Shown here: one piece after another, positions 1 through 9,351 of the stretch | How positions within the stretch are numbered: the first letter of the stretch is position 1 | Layout of the letters: every line of letters starts with the position of its first letter | Source: an uncultured Pseudomonadales bacterium | Lineage (GTDB): Bacteria > Patescibacteriota > Microgenomatia > UBA1400 > PJMF01 | Direction: 5' to 3' | Assembly: GCA_964393205.1 (NCBI GenBank) | Contig: CAYMSV010000002.1 | Location: forward strand, 226,767-290,766 | Length of the DNA stretch: 64,000 nt | Notes under the pieces: generated by a model | The model's database searches: none | What the model saw: only the letters and a program-made list of their open reading frames with translations | Told to the model about the DNA's origin: nothing | Position numbers and translations under genes: made by a program

Positions 1-46
1 AAATCTCAATCGCAAAAGCAATAGAAAATTTTGCTACAATAGAAGA

Positions 47-1813
47 GTGCTAAAACGCTTATTATCATCGTCCTCGCTTCTTATTTTAGGATGCACTGTA
101 TTGTTTTTTTTGACTCTCAATGCAGTTAGCTTTAAACAGCCAGCTAGAGCTATTGATGAAGTAGACAAAATACAGCAACAAATTGATCAACTGGATGAGT
201 TAAAAAAACTTTCTGAAGCAGCTACTACACCACTGGAGGCTGAGGTTGCAACTTTGGAATCTCGCATTCGATCGGCTCAGGCAGGTATCAATAGTGCTAA
301 GGTGCAGGCGGCTGAATTGGCTACTAGTATAGAAGAGAGAGAAGAGGATTTAGCTTATCATTATCAACTTTTTGCCAATCGAATTGCCGAAAGTTACAGA
401 CGCATTCGCAGCTATAATCCCTTAGTGTTAATTTTTACTAGTCAAAGCGCTGCTACCTTGACAAAAAACCTAGCTTATCAGGAGTCAGCAAAAGTTCAGG
501 ACGATCGCTTGATTCGCTCAATTTCTGAAGAACTCAAACAACTGGCTAGTGATAAAAAAGAATTAGAAGAAACAGAAGTACGTTTAGCTGCCCTACAAGT
601 GCAACTAGATGAGCAAGCAGACTTTTTTCAAGGAGAAATTGATAAGGCGAAGAGTTATCAGGCAGAACTGAGTGGAAAAATTGCTGAACTTTCAGCAAAA
701 CAACAGGCAATTTTGAATGCTCGTGCTGGTTCTTACACTACTTCTGTAGGAGATGTGCCTTTAGCAGATGATTTTAATGCCTCAATTGCTTTTAAAGCAC
801 AAGCTCCAAATAATAGTTTTGCAGTATTTTCTTTTGGGGCTTATACACATCGAAACGGTATGAGCCAGTATGGAGCGAAAGCCAGAGCAGAGAGTGGTCA
901 GTCAGCTGAACAGATATTATTAGCTTATTATCCAGGTTCACGCTTAGAAAAAAACTATAATGCCATGAATCAAATTAGTGTCGAAGGTTACGGAAGTATT
1001 AGTTTTGAAGGTCAATATTTGCAAGGTATTTATGAGATGCCAGCTTCCTGGCACACTGAAGCACTCAAGGCTCAGGCAATTGCAGCTAGAACCTACGCTA
1101 TTCGTTACACTGACAATGGCAGTCGTTCTATTTGCACTACTGAAAGGTGTCAAGTTTTTAAAAATAGTCCAAAAGGTAGTGATTGGCAAAAAGCGGTAGA
1201 TGCTACAAAAAATTGGGTATTAGTTGATGGAGAGGGTAAACCAATTTCTACCCAATATGCTTCCACCCATGGTGGTTATACTAATTTCATAGGTTGGGAT
1301 TTGGATGGTAGTTATAGTAGTGGTTCGTGGAGTACTATAGCTTGGGAAAATCGAGCTAATAGCCCTTGGTTCTATAAATCTTGGTATCGATCTGGTTATT
1401 CAAGTAGTGGTGCTAATTGTGGCCGCAGTCATCCTTGGCTTTCTCAAGAAGATTTTAGTGATATTCTTAATGCTTACATCGTGCGACAAAACCCTCAGGG
1501 AGCAGATACTGAAAGAATTCAACCAGTGACAATTAATGAGTGTCAAATTGGTGGTCAGGGTGGAAATCCCTTTTCTAATGCAGAGTTGAGAGATTTAGCT
1601 AATAAATCTGGTGGAACTGTTACTAAAGTTAACTCGGTGAGTGTTAGTCATAATAGCAATGGTCAGACTAGTCAAGTTAGTTTTAGCACCAATCGTGGCA
1701 ATATAAGTATGAGTGGTAGTGATTTTAAAACAATTTTTAATTTACGCGCGCCAGGCTACTTAAGAATTCCACAGAGTAGTTTTACTTTTTTCAATATTGA
1801 ACACAAACAATAA
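47..1813 (+). CDS. SpoIID/LytB-domain protein with N-terminal signal/anchor and coiled-coil region
   Basis: GTG start at 47. No in-frame stop exists upstream, so the gene could extend past the window edge. Hydrophobic N-terminus (LLILGCTVLFFLTL), then a long coiled-coil-like stretch. The C-terminal half carries a SpoIID-like signature (HRNGMSQYGAKA, motif GMSQYGA). Confidence 0.6.
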   Translation: MLKRLLSSSSLLILGCTVLFFLTLNAVSFKQPARAIDEVDKIQQQIDQLDELKKLSEAATTPLEAEVATLESRIRSAQAGINSAKVQAAELATSIEEREEDLAYHYQLFANRIAESYRRIRSYNPLVLIFTSQSAATLTKNLAYQESAKVQDDRLIRSISEELKQLASDKKELEETEVRLAALQVQLDEQADFFQGEIDKAKSYQAELSGKIAELSAKQQAILNARAGSYTTSVGDVPLADDFNASIAFKAQAPNNSFAVFSFGAYTHRNGMSQYGAKARAESGQSAEQILLAYYPGSRLEKNYNAMNQISVEGYGSISFEGQYLQGIYEMPASWHTEALKAQAIAARTYAIRYTDNGSRSICTTERCQVFKNSPKGSDWQKAVDATKNWVLVDGEGKPISTQYASTHGGYTNFIGWDLDGSYSSGSWSTIAWENRANSPWFYKSWYRSGYSSSGANCGRSHPWLSQEDFSDILNAYIVRQNPQGADTERIQPVTINECQIGGQGGNPFSNAELRDLANKSGGTVTKVNSVSVSHNSNGQTSQVSFSTNRGNISMSGSDFKTIFNLRAPGYLRIPQSSFTFFNIEHKQ

Positions 1814-1818
1814 AAAAA

Positions 1819-3663
1819 CTAAATTCCTTGTAAGTATTTAGCACTCCAAGGTCGATAATTACTATAATAGTAGTCTTCACGAATGATTTCTCCAAATTTG
1901 TCGCGAATAATATTCGTAAATTCTGCCTTAATTCCAGAACTAGCCCAATCAATCTGTTTAATTTTTCCTGTTGGTAAGCTGGGGTCTGGAATGTAAACTG
2001 GCTCTAGAGCAGCTTGGTAGCCCCAGGATTTATAATTAACAATTTCACTAGTTCGTCCATCACTGGTGCCATAAATTTTAACTGTCATATATAGCTTTTC
2101 TGAATCACTTTGAAATTCTAAGAGAATGTGACCTAGAGTGTCGTTAATAAAGCGTAAATCAACGTTGCCACTATAGACAGTGGCGTCAAATCCTGGTTGA
2201 TTATTGATTTCATAATAACTAACCCGATAAGAGTGGGGAAGACGCCGAGTGATTTCTAGACCGGCATTTAAAACTGCTCGAAAAAGTGTACTACTAACTT
2301 GACAGACGCCACCACCGGGAGCCAAATGAGTGGCCCCGTCTCGGATAATGTAAGCTTCGCGGTAACCTGTAGCACTACTGACATCGCCTAGAGCTTTGTT
2401 AAAGGAAAATTCTTCGCCAGGAGGGATAATAATCCAGTTGAGAATCTGATTAGTCAAGTCGACATTAAAAATACGACTGGCAATTGAACCATAATACCAG
2501 CTTTCGCCAAAACCAATAATTTCTTTAATTCCAAAATCATTAGTTTGGCCAAGAGTAATTTCTGCTTCTTGGCTAGTCATATCTAGTTGGAAAAAATCTT
2601 GATCATTTTCTTCAATCTCTTTTAAATTTTGTTCATTTTCTAGGGTTTTTAAAGCTTGAATAATTTTGTTTTTTAATTTATTTTCGTTAACCCTTAAACC
2701 TTTGAGATCAGGGGTAAACTGATCAACTACAATTTGTTCTTTTTCATCACGGTGAAATTGGAAACTGGCATTTTGTGCGGGGCGATTAATGTGAGTAGTT
2801 TTATCCTCGATTAAATTGATTAATTCCTCTTCATCAAATAATTTTTCATTGATTCCATCTGGGAATTTTAGAATACTTATTAGTTCGCTGTCGTTAAATT
2901 CAATGCGCTGATATTCTCCAGTAAAAACTAAGCGTTCTCCAACTATAGTTTTAACCCTATTAAGAGCTTTTTCTATTTGTTCTTGATTGAGAGCAGCACT
3001 ACTTGAAGCGATAATTGCCTCTATCATTAAATCCTTTTCTTCAAGTTCTAGCCAAGGTGTTTCTAAAATTTGATAAATTTTTTCCTGACTTTCTTCAACA
3101 AGCAATTGCCGTCCATCTGCTCCTGGATTAATTAGTAAGGATTGTGGATTTCCAGAATAATTAAGAGTGGCGCTGGCCGGCTGTCCAACTAAATCAAAGC
3201 GCTCGGCTAATTCGGCCAGCGCCTCTGTCATTTTATTTTCCTCAATGCTGGCTTGGGTGTAAAAATGTTTTTTTTGCCATATTTTTTGTAGACGATTAAA
3301 AAAGTTTCCCTCTTTGCCAAAAGCCATTGCTTCATTTAAAGTTTGAGTAAAATTATCATTCAATGTTAGTTGGATGTTTGTTTCTTCAATCGAATTAGGA
3401 TCATATATGATTTGTAAAGGTAATTGATTACTGGCTGTTAACCAGTTGTCAGCTAATTTAGTTTCTGCCTCGCTTAAGTTTAAGCCAGCTATTTTTACTT
3501 GATCAACATAAGTTCCTGGATAAAAACGGTTTTGATAATGCTTAATATAGATTTTGATTAAAATTATTATTCCAATGACAAAAACTAAGCCAAAACTTAG
3601 TAAGTAAATTTTCTTTTGATGGCGGTAAAAGCTCGTCTTGATTGCTTGCAAATTTTTATCCAT
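1819..3663 (-). CDS. VanW-family protein with N-terminal TM anchor
   Basis: N-terminal TM (LLSFGLVFVIGIIILI). C-terminal VanW-like signature GGGVCQVSSTLFRAVLNAGLEITRRLPHS. Confidence 0.6.
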   Translation of the reverse strand: MDKNLQAIKTSFYRHQKKIYLLSFGLVFVIGIIILIKIYIKHYQNRFYPGTYVDQVKIAGLNLSEAETKLADNWLTASNQLPLQIIYDPNSIEETNIQLTLNDNFTQTLNEAMAFGKEGNFFNRLQKIWQKKHFYTQASIEENKMTEALAELAERFDLVGQPASATLNYSGNPQSLLINPGADGRQLLVEESQEKIYQILETPWLELEEKDLMIEAIIASSSAALNQEQIEKALNRVKTIVGERLVFTGEYQRIEFNDSELISILKFPDGINEKLFDEEELINLIEDKTTHINRPAQNASFQFHRDEKEQIVVDQFTPDLKGLRVNENKLKNKIIQALKTLENEQNLKEIEENDQDFFQLDMTSQEAEITLGQTNDFGIKEIIGFGESWYYGSIASRIFNVDLTNQILNWIIIPPGEEFSFNKALGDVSSATGYREAYIIRDGATHLAPGGGVCQVSSTLFRAVLNAGLEITRRLPHSYRVSYYEINNQPGFDATVYSGNVDLRFINDTLGHILLEFQSDSEKLYMTVKIYGTSDGRTSEIVNYKSWGYQAALEPVYIPDPSLPTGKIKQIDWASSGIKAEFTNIIRDKFGEIIREDYYYSNYRPWSAKYLQGI

Positions 3664-3713
3664 AATAGAGTACTAACAACTATTATATTTTATTGTAGTG
3701 CTTTTATACTTTT

Positions 3714-5639
3714 ATGCCAAATCAAAATCTGCCTCAGCCTAATATACCGGGTCAATCCAATAATCAAACTCCTGTTTCTTCTACACCCCCAACTGCTGAC
3801 AATTCAGATACATCGACAACTACTATCTTCCCTCAGCCTACGCCTGGTATTTCTTCAAGAGAAAATCCAGCCGGTCGGCCACCAGCTAGACCTACTTTAA
3901 CTCCAGATAAATCTTTATCAGAACCAATGCCTTTGGGTTCTCCAGCAGCTGAAGATAAAAGTAAAAACACAAATTCTTCTCAGGATAATCAAAAACTAAC
4001 AATGTCTCAGGATTTATTTAAAAGCGGAACTGTGGCAAAACCACCTCAACCTCAGTTTCCTAGTGAAACTAAACTAGCAGCAAAAGCCACTACTTCTCCA
4101 ATGAATAAGCCCTTAGCCAATAACACTGGTGTTTCCCCCAGTAATTTAGAATCAAATCAGCCAGTGTCTCCGCCAAGTTCACCAGCTCCAGCTCAGGTAT
4201 CTTCTCAGCCAACACCTTCGGCATCAGTTTCAAACACTCCTTCAGCAGAAAACCCAAAACAAACTAAAAAGATAGAAAAAGAAACTGGTAAAAAAGCTAA
4301 GTTTTCACTGCCTAAGCCAATACTAATATTATTAGGAGTATTGTTATTGGGGCTAATTGCTTTTTTAGTTTTTAGAATTTTCTTTGCCCAAGATAGTAGT
4401 CCAACACCAACTCCGCCACCAGCTGAACAGAACAGCGAACCAGTTCAGCCAAAAGAAGTTATTAATATTGTTTATTGGGGTCTATGGGAGGATGGAGAGA
4501 TTTTGAGCAGTATTCTTAGTGATTTTGAAGCTCAAGAAGGAATTAGAGTTGATTATCGCAAACAATCTCATCGGGATTATCGAGAGCGATTAGAACAAGC
4601 CCTTACTTCTGGTAGTGGGCCTGATGTGTTTCGTTATCATATGACTTGGACACCGATGCTAAATGATCAACTAGCAGCCATGCCCACAAGCATTATGTCT
4701 AATGCTGAATATCAACAAACTTTTTATCCAGCTGCTTATGAAAGTTTACAATTAGAAGGTCGCATCGTTGGTATTCCGCTTATGTATGAGGGTCTAGCTC
4801 TTTTCTACAATAAAGAAATGCTGCAAACCGCCAACATAAGTGCACCTACTACTTGGTCAGAACTACGTAGTGCTGCCAACCAACTAACTGTACCCAGCAA
4901 TGTCAGCACTCGTCGAGATGATAATATTACTCAAGGAGGTCTAGCTATTGGCAATGCCAGCAATGTAGAACATTTCTCAGATATTTTAGCTTTATTAATT
5001 TTGCAAAATGGAGGTGATCCAGCTGATCCAACTAGCCAAAATGTTGTAGATGCTTTAACTTTTTATACTAACTTTTTGAAGCAGGATAAAGTTTGGTCAA
5101 ATAATTTACCTAATTCAACAGTTGCTTTTGCTAGAGGTGAAGTAGCAATGATATTTGCTCCATCTTGGAGGGCTTTAGACGTTATAGCTCTTAACCCAGA
5201 TTTAGATTTTGCTATAGCAACTCTTCCTCAACTTTCCAGTGAAGAACAAATTACCTGGGCAACTTTTTGGGCTGAGGGAGTAAATAAGAATAGTGCTAAA
5301 CAAGAGGCAGCTTGGAAATTTTTAAAATATTTGTCTTCGCAAGAAGTTTTGAGAGATTTTTTCAATAGTGCTAGTTTGGTTAGACCTTTTGGAGAAATTT
5401 ATCCTCGTGTTGACATGGCTAGTGAGCTAAGTGATGATCCTTTGTTATCTGCCTTTATTGAAGATGCTCCTTTTGCTCAATTTTCTCCTATGGCTAGTAG
5501 AACCCATGACAACGGAATAAACGATCAAATTATTCAATATTATGCTGATGCAATTAATGCAGTGTTGGCTGGTACAGAACCAGCTAAAGCTTTAGAAGAA
5601 ATTAGTGTAGGGGTGAGTCAGGTTATAGAAAGATACTAA
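3714..5639 (+). CDS. Extracellular solute-binding protein (ABC-type, family 1-like) with long N-terminal Pro/Ser/Thr-rich low-complexity segment and single TM
   Basis: ~200 aa of P/S/T/Q-rich low complexity, then TM (ILILLGVLLLGLIAFLVF) and a PT linker. A periplasmic-binding-protein-like domain follows (VINIVYWGLWEDGE...). No cognate permease or ATPase lies adjacent. Confidence 0.5.
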   Translation: MPNQNLPQPNIPGQSNNQTPVSSTPPTADNSDTSTTTIFPQPTPGISSRENPAGRPPARPTLTPDKSLSEPMPLGSPAAEDKSKNTNSSQDNQKLTMSQDLFKSGTVAKPPQPQFPSETKLAAKATTSPMNKPLANNTGVSPSNLESNQPVSPPSSPAPAQVSSQPTPSASVSNTPSAENPKQTKKIEKETGKKAKFSLPKPILILLGVLLLGLIAFLVFRIFFAQDSSPTPTPPPAEQNSEPVQPKEVINIVYWGLWEDGEILSSILSDFEAQEGIRVDYRKQSHRDYRERLEQALTSGSGPDVFRYHMTWTPMLNDQLAAMPTSIMSNAEYQQTFYPAAYESLQLEGRIVGIPLMYEGLALFYNKEMLQTANISAPTTWSELRSAANQLTVPSNVSTRRDDNITQGGLAIGNASNVEHFSDILALLILQNGGDPADPTSQNVVDALTFYTNFLKQDKVWSNNLPNSTVAFARGEVAMIFAPSWRALDVIALNPDLDFAIATLPQLSSEEQITWATFWAEGVNKNSAKQEAAWKFLKYLSSQEVLRDFFNSASLVRPFGEIYPRVDMASELSDDPLLSAFIEDAPFAQFSPMASRTHDNGINDQIIQYYADAINAVLAGTEPAKALEEISVGVSQVIERY

Positions 5640-5653
5640 AAATAATTAGTTAT

Positions 5654-6685
5654 TTAATCAAGAATTTCAAGAATTGCCTTGGCTACTTTATCCTTATCGT
5701 GTCTTAGTAAGCTGTGGCTGTGACTTTGGTCATGACTGACTAAAACTGTAGATAATAAGCTACGTCTTCTAATTTTTAATTTTGACCAATCAATTTTAGA
5801 TAATTTTTTTTGTTTTTTAGCCTGATTAAGATCATCAAGGACTGGCCATTCATTTTGACTGGCATAGTGTTTAATTACCATTGGAGCAATTTTTTCTCGA
5901 TTAATAAGAATATAATCTGGTTGTCGTTGACAATATTTGGTAACTTCTCTTAAGTGGTCTAGGGCTGACATTTGATGAGTTTGAGAAAAATGTGTCATTA
6001 AATTGAGAACATAAACAAACTTACCTCCAGCATTTAAATTATCTTGCAATGCTTTTGCAAAACCGTTAACCAAAGAGTTGGCTAATAAACTAGCATATAG
6101 ATCGCCTGGACCTAAAATAATTAAGTCAGCTTCTTTAATTGCTTGGGCAGCTCGATGGTAAATTTTTTGAGGTTTTTTGAATTTAATTTTTTTAATTTTT
6201 TGACCGCCGAGCTTGGGATCATCTAAATATTTTTCTCCAATAATTTGCCGATCCTCATAATCTATTACTAAGTCGGCTGCCTGTTCGCTGATCGGGTAGA
6301 CTCGACCAGCAATTTCAAAAATCTTGCTGGCAATTTCAATAGCTCTGGCAGAACTGTCTTTACGTTGTTTGGCCAGATCTTCAAGCGCTGTCAAAATTAA
6401 GTTGCCTAAATTGTGTCCCTTGAGACTAGATTGTTCACTGAATCGATACAAAAGGATATCACGAATTAAAGGTTCATTTTCTCCAGTTGCTAAGGCAGCT
6501 AAGCATTGGCGTAAATCTCCAGCTGGTAAAAAACCGAATTCATCACGAAGTCGACCAGTAGAGCCACCATTATCCGAAACTACCACAATGGCAGTGATTG
6601 CTAGTTGAGGATATTGCTTTAAGCCACTCAAAACTACTGCTGTGCCAGTTCCACCACCAATAACGACTATTTTTTTCTTTTTCAT
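5654..6685 (-). CDS. YvcK/UPF0052 (CofD-like) gluconeogenesis-factor family protein
   Basis: N-terminus KKIVVIGGGTGTAVVLSGLKQY and LRDEFGFLPAGDLRQCLAAL, characteristic of the YvcK/CofD family. Confidence 0.6.
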   Translation of the reverse strand: MKKKKIVVIGGGTGTAVVLSGLKQYPQLAITAIVVVSDNGGSTGRLRDEFGFLPAGDLRQCLAALATGENEPLIRDILLYRFSEQSSLKGHNLGNLILTALEDLAKQRKDSSARAIEIASKIFEIAGRVYPISEQAADLVIDYEDRQIIGEKYLDDPKLGGQKIKKIKFKKPQKIYHRAAQAIKEADLIILGPGDLYASLLANSLVNGFAKALQDNLNAGGKFVYVLNLMTHFSQTHQMSALDHLREVTKYCQRQPDYILINREKIAPMVIKHYASQNEWPVLDDLNQAKKQKKLSKIDWSKLKIRRRSLLSTVLVSHDQSHSHSLLRHDKDKVAKAILEILD

Positions 6686-6727
6686 TTTGCCTTTTTATTT
6701 TAACAGATCATTGGTTAGAATAGGCTT

Positions 6728-7213
6728 ATGGACTTACCAGAAGAACTAAAGACAATTTTACGAGTGAGACAACGCAGTCGTAGCCAACTAACTCTGGTAA
6801 CTGGAGTTTTTGATGTTTTGCATCATCAGCATCGGCAGTTTTTGCAAGCTGCTAAAAAACTTTCTAGTATTTTGTTAGTAGGTCTAGAAACTGATCAGCG
6901 AGTCAGACAATTAAAGGGTCAAGGGCGACCAATTAATTCTGTAGCCAAACGTAAAGAAAATTTACAACAATGGGGCATAGCTGATGTTATTTTTGTCTTA
7001 CCAGCTGATTTTGATCAGGAACAAGTGAGACGAGCTTGGTTAGAGCTTATTAAGCCAGATTATTTAGCCGTATCTAGTCATACTCCCTTTTTGGCTATTA
7101 AAAAGCAGGAGCTTAAAGCTGTAGGCGGTAAAGTTAAAATTGTTCATCAATTTAATCCTCAGGTTTCTAGTAGTAAACTAATTAATAAAGAAACTAAGTT
7201 AAAAAAGGAGTAA
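6728..7213 (+). CDS. Cytidylyltransferase-superfamily nucleotidyltransferase, RfaE/HldE domain II-like (heptose-1-phosphate adenylyltransferase-like)
   Basis: VTGVFDVLHHQH (HxGH-type motif). LKGQGRPINS closely resembles the HldE domain II LKG(P/E)GRPIN. Stand-alone 161-aa protein. Confidence 0.5.
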   Translation: MDLPEELKTILRVRQRSRSQLTLVTGVFDVLHHQHRQFLQAAKKLSSILLVGLETDQRVRQLKGQGRPINSVAKRKENLQQWGIADVIFVLPADFDQEQVRRAWLELIKPDYLAVSSHTPFLAIKKQELKAVGGKVKIVHQFNPQVSSSKLINKETKLKKE

Positions 7214-7217
7214 TTAC

Positions 7218-8591
7218 ATGGCCAAGTCAGCTGCAACTCAATTTGTTTGTCAAAACTGTGGAGCTAGCTATGCTAAATGGCAAGGTCAATGCACAGAGTG
7301 TCAGCAGTGGAATACTTTGGTTGAAGAAATATTAACTCAACAAAGTTTGGGAAAAAAGTCTTCAGTAAAACTATCTAAAACAGCTTTAAGTAAAAAAATG
7401 CTGAATTTTTCTCAAGTCGAGCGTCTAAGCGAAGCAAAACAGCGCTTTCCAACTGCCATTGGGGAGTTAGATCGGGTGTTGGGCGGCGGTTTAGTGGCGG
7501 GAGTAACTGTTTTAATTGGTGGAGAACCGGGAATTGGTAAATCTACGCTTTTAACTCAAATGGTGTTAGCGATGACAGCTAATAATAAAAAAGACTTAAA
7601 CATTTTTTATGTGTGTGGCGAAGAAAGTCCTAATCAAATTAGTTTACGTATAGAAAGAATGTTAAAAAATAGCCAAAGTAAAAATTTACGTGGCAAACTA
7701 AGTCAATCACTACAATTTATTACCAGCAGTGATGTGGATGAAATTACTGCACTGATGTCAACTAAAAAACCAAATTTAGTGATTGTTGACAGTATTCAAT
7801 CAGTGACAACCAGTGATTTGAGTGGGGCTAGTGGCAGTGTTGGGCAAATTAGAGAATCTAGTGCTCGATTAATTGATCAAGCTAAGGCCCAGGGGATTCC
7901 GGTATTCTTAGTTGGTCACATTACTAAAGATGGAGTAATAGCTGGTCCTAAAATTTTAGAACATATGGTTGATACAGTTTTACTGATGGAGGGAGAGCGA
8001 TCTGGTCAATTGAGGATGTTGCGTTCATTGAAGAATCGCTTCGGGGCTAGTGATGAAGTGGGTATTTTCCAAGCTGTGGATTGGGGCTTAAGTGAAGTTA
8101 ATAATCCGAGTGAGCTCTTTTTAGAAAACCAAGATCAAGCTGTTAGTGGGGCAGCCACTGTTTGTGTTATGGAAGGTACCAGACCTTTGTTGGCAGAGGT
8201 TCAAGCCTTAGTCGTTGCTAGTCAATTGGCAATGCCACGTCGAGTTGGTCGAGGTATCGATCTTAATCGCATTCAAGTGTTGGCGGCTGTTTTACAAAAG
8301 CATGCGCGTTTAGCCTTAAGTAACTATGATGTTTTTGTTTCAGCTGCTGGGGGGTTTAAATTAAGCGAGCCAGCTGTTGACTTAGGTTTAGCAGTAGCAA
8401 TTGCTAGTTCGCTGTCAGCAAAAAAAATTCCACAAAAGACAGTTTTTATTGGTGAGATTGGTTTGTTAGGGGAGATTAGACAAGTGGCTTATTTTGAACG
8501 ACGAGTAAAAGAGGCCAAGCGCTTAGGTTTTAAAAAGATTATTTCTGCCAAGACTCACAAGCATATTAGTCAAGTGATTAAATCACTTTAA
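7218..8591 (+). CDS. radA: DNA repair protein RadA/Sms
   Basis: N-terminal C4 zinc ribbon (CQNCGASYAKWQGQCTECQQW). Walker A GGEPGIGKST. KNRFG motif. C-terminal Lon-protease-like domain. Confidence 0.9.
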   Translation: MAKSAATQFVCQNCGASYAKWQGQCTECQQWNTLVEEILTQQSLGKKSSVKLSKTALSKKMLNFSQVERLSEAKQRFPTAIGELDRVLGGGLVAGVTVLIGGEPGIGKSTLLTQMVLAMTANNKKDLNIFYVCGEESPNQISLRIERMLKNSQSKNLRGKLSQSLQFITSSDVDEITALMSTKKPNLVIVDSIQSVTTSDLSGASGSVGQIRESSARLIDQAKAQGIPVFLVGHITKDGVIAGPKILEHMVDTVLLMEGERSGQLRMLRSLKNRFGASDEVGIFQAVDWGLSEVNNPSELFLENQDQAVSGAATVCVMEGTRPLLAEVQALVVASQLAMPRRVGRGIDLNRIQVLAAVLQKHARLALSNYDVFVSAAGGFKLSEPAVDLGLAVAIASSLSAKKIPQKTVFIGEIGLLGEIRQVAYFERRVKEAKRLGFKKIISAKTHKHISQVIKSL

Positions 8592-8770
8592 TTATTTAGC
8601 TAAATTTAGCAATTGCAAAATTTTAAGAGTTTTCCCAAGTTTTTCGCAAAAATGTGATTGTTTATTTTAATGTGGATAACTTTATTTTTTCTCTCAAGTT
8701 ATTGTCTAAAAAAAATAATATCGGATATTCAAAAAAAGCTAATTTTTAAATTATAGGATATCATTAGTGC

Positions 8771-8799
8771 TTGTAAAAATTATAAAAACTGCTAAAATT
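8771..8799 (+). promoter_or_regulatory. Candidate sigma70-type promoter for rho (TTGTAA - 17 nt - TAAAAT)
   Basis: ttgtaa at 8771-8776, a 17-nt spacer, and taaaat at 8794-8799, inside a 760-nt AT-rich intergenic region upstream of rho. Found by eye only. Confidence 0.3.
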
Positions 8800-9351
8800 A
8801 TTTTTGTCTTAGTACTTTAATTAAAACAGGAATTTCTAGCCGTTTTTCAAACGCTTAGATTAGTCTTTAGTATAGATATAGATTAGTTTAAGGATGTTTC
8901 GAAAAAGGGTGGAATAAAAAATCCATCCCGTTTAAGTCTTGGGTTTTAAGGCAGTCAAGAACCTAAACAGAATGGATTGTTGAGAACATTGTTACCGCTG
9001 ATAGTTCACAAATAACAATGTAATCCTGTCGTTGTTGAAAAATATCAACAACTGATCGCTTATTAAGCTAGCATTTTTTGTCGTCTTTGACAATTCTCGC
9101 TTAAGCTATAAAAAGCTATCAAAAAGTATCATAGCCGAGTAAAGCTGCCTGCACGAAGAACTTTTTGTGGAATCTCGGTCGTTGGGCAGGCTACCGAGAC
9201 TCCGCAGAAAGTTTTTTATTTTTTCTTTAGGCTTGATTTTTTCTCGTTTTTTTGTCATAATCTCCTTGGTTTTCAGTTCTTATTAAGTGATGCCCCTTTT
9301 TTCTTATCTATTTTTTCAAAAAATGAAATTTATTATTTAGAAGGTAATTTT
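8800..9351 (+). promoter_or_regulatory. Long putative 5' leader of rho containing several hairpins
   Basis: 760 nt lie between radA and rho. Hairpins include gttgttgaAAAATAtcaacaac (~9036-9057) and gcctgc...ctcggtcg/ctaccgag...gcaggc (~9146-9215), followed by a T-run at ~9220-9240. Rho genes commonly carry long autoregulatory leaders. Confidence 0.3.

Noticed and set aside
944-1199. Two short ORFs (81 aa minus strand, 73 aa plus strand) inside the SpoIID-like gene
   Set aside because: They are fully embedded in a long, well-supported CDS, with no domain signal and no independent start or RBS context. They are typical antisense or out-of-frame noise.
3616-3900. 94-aa ORF spanning the VanW start and the solute-binding-protein gene start
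   Set aside because: It overlaps two better-supported genes and the divergent or convergent intergenic region. Its translation is low-complexity and hydrophobic with no recognisable fold.
8880-9250. tmRNA, RNase P RNA or SRP RNA in the long gap before rho
   Set aside because: No tRNA-like 3' end (GGTTCGAATCC...CCA), no P4 helix consensus (AGGAAAGTCC) and no SRP domain-IV GGAA/AGCAG motif were seen by eye. Retained only as a possible rho leader. Needs a covariance-model search to settle.
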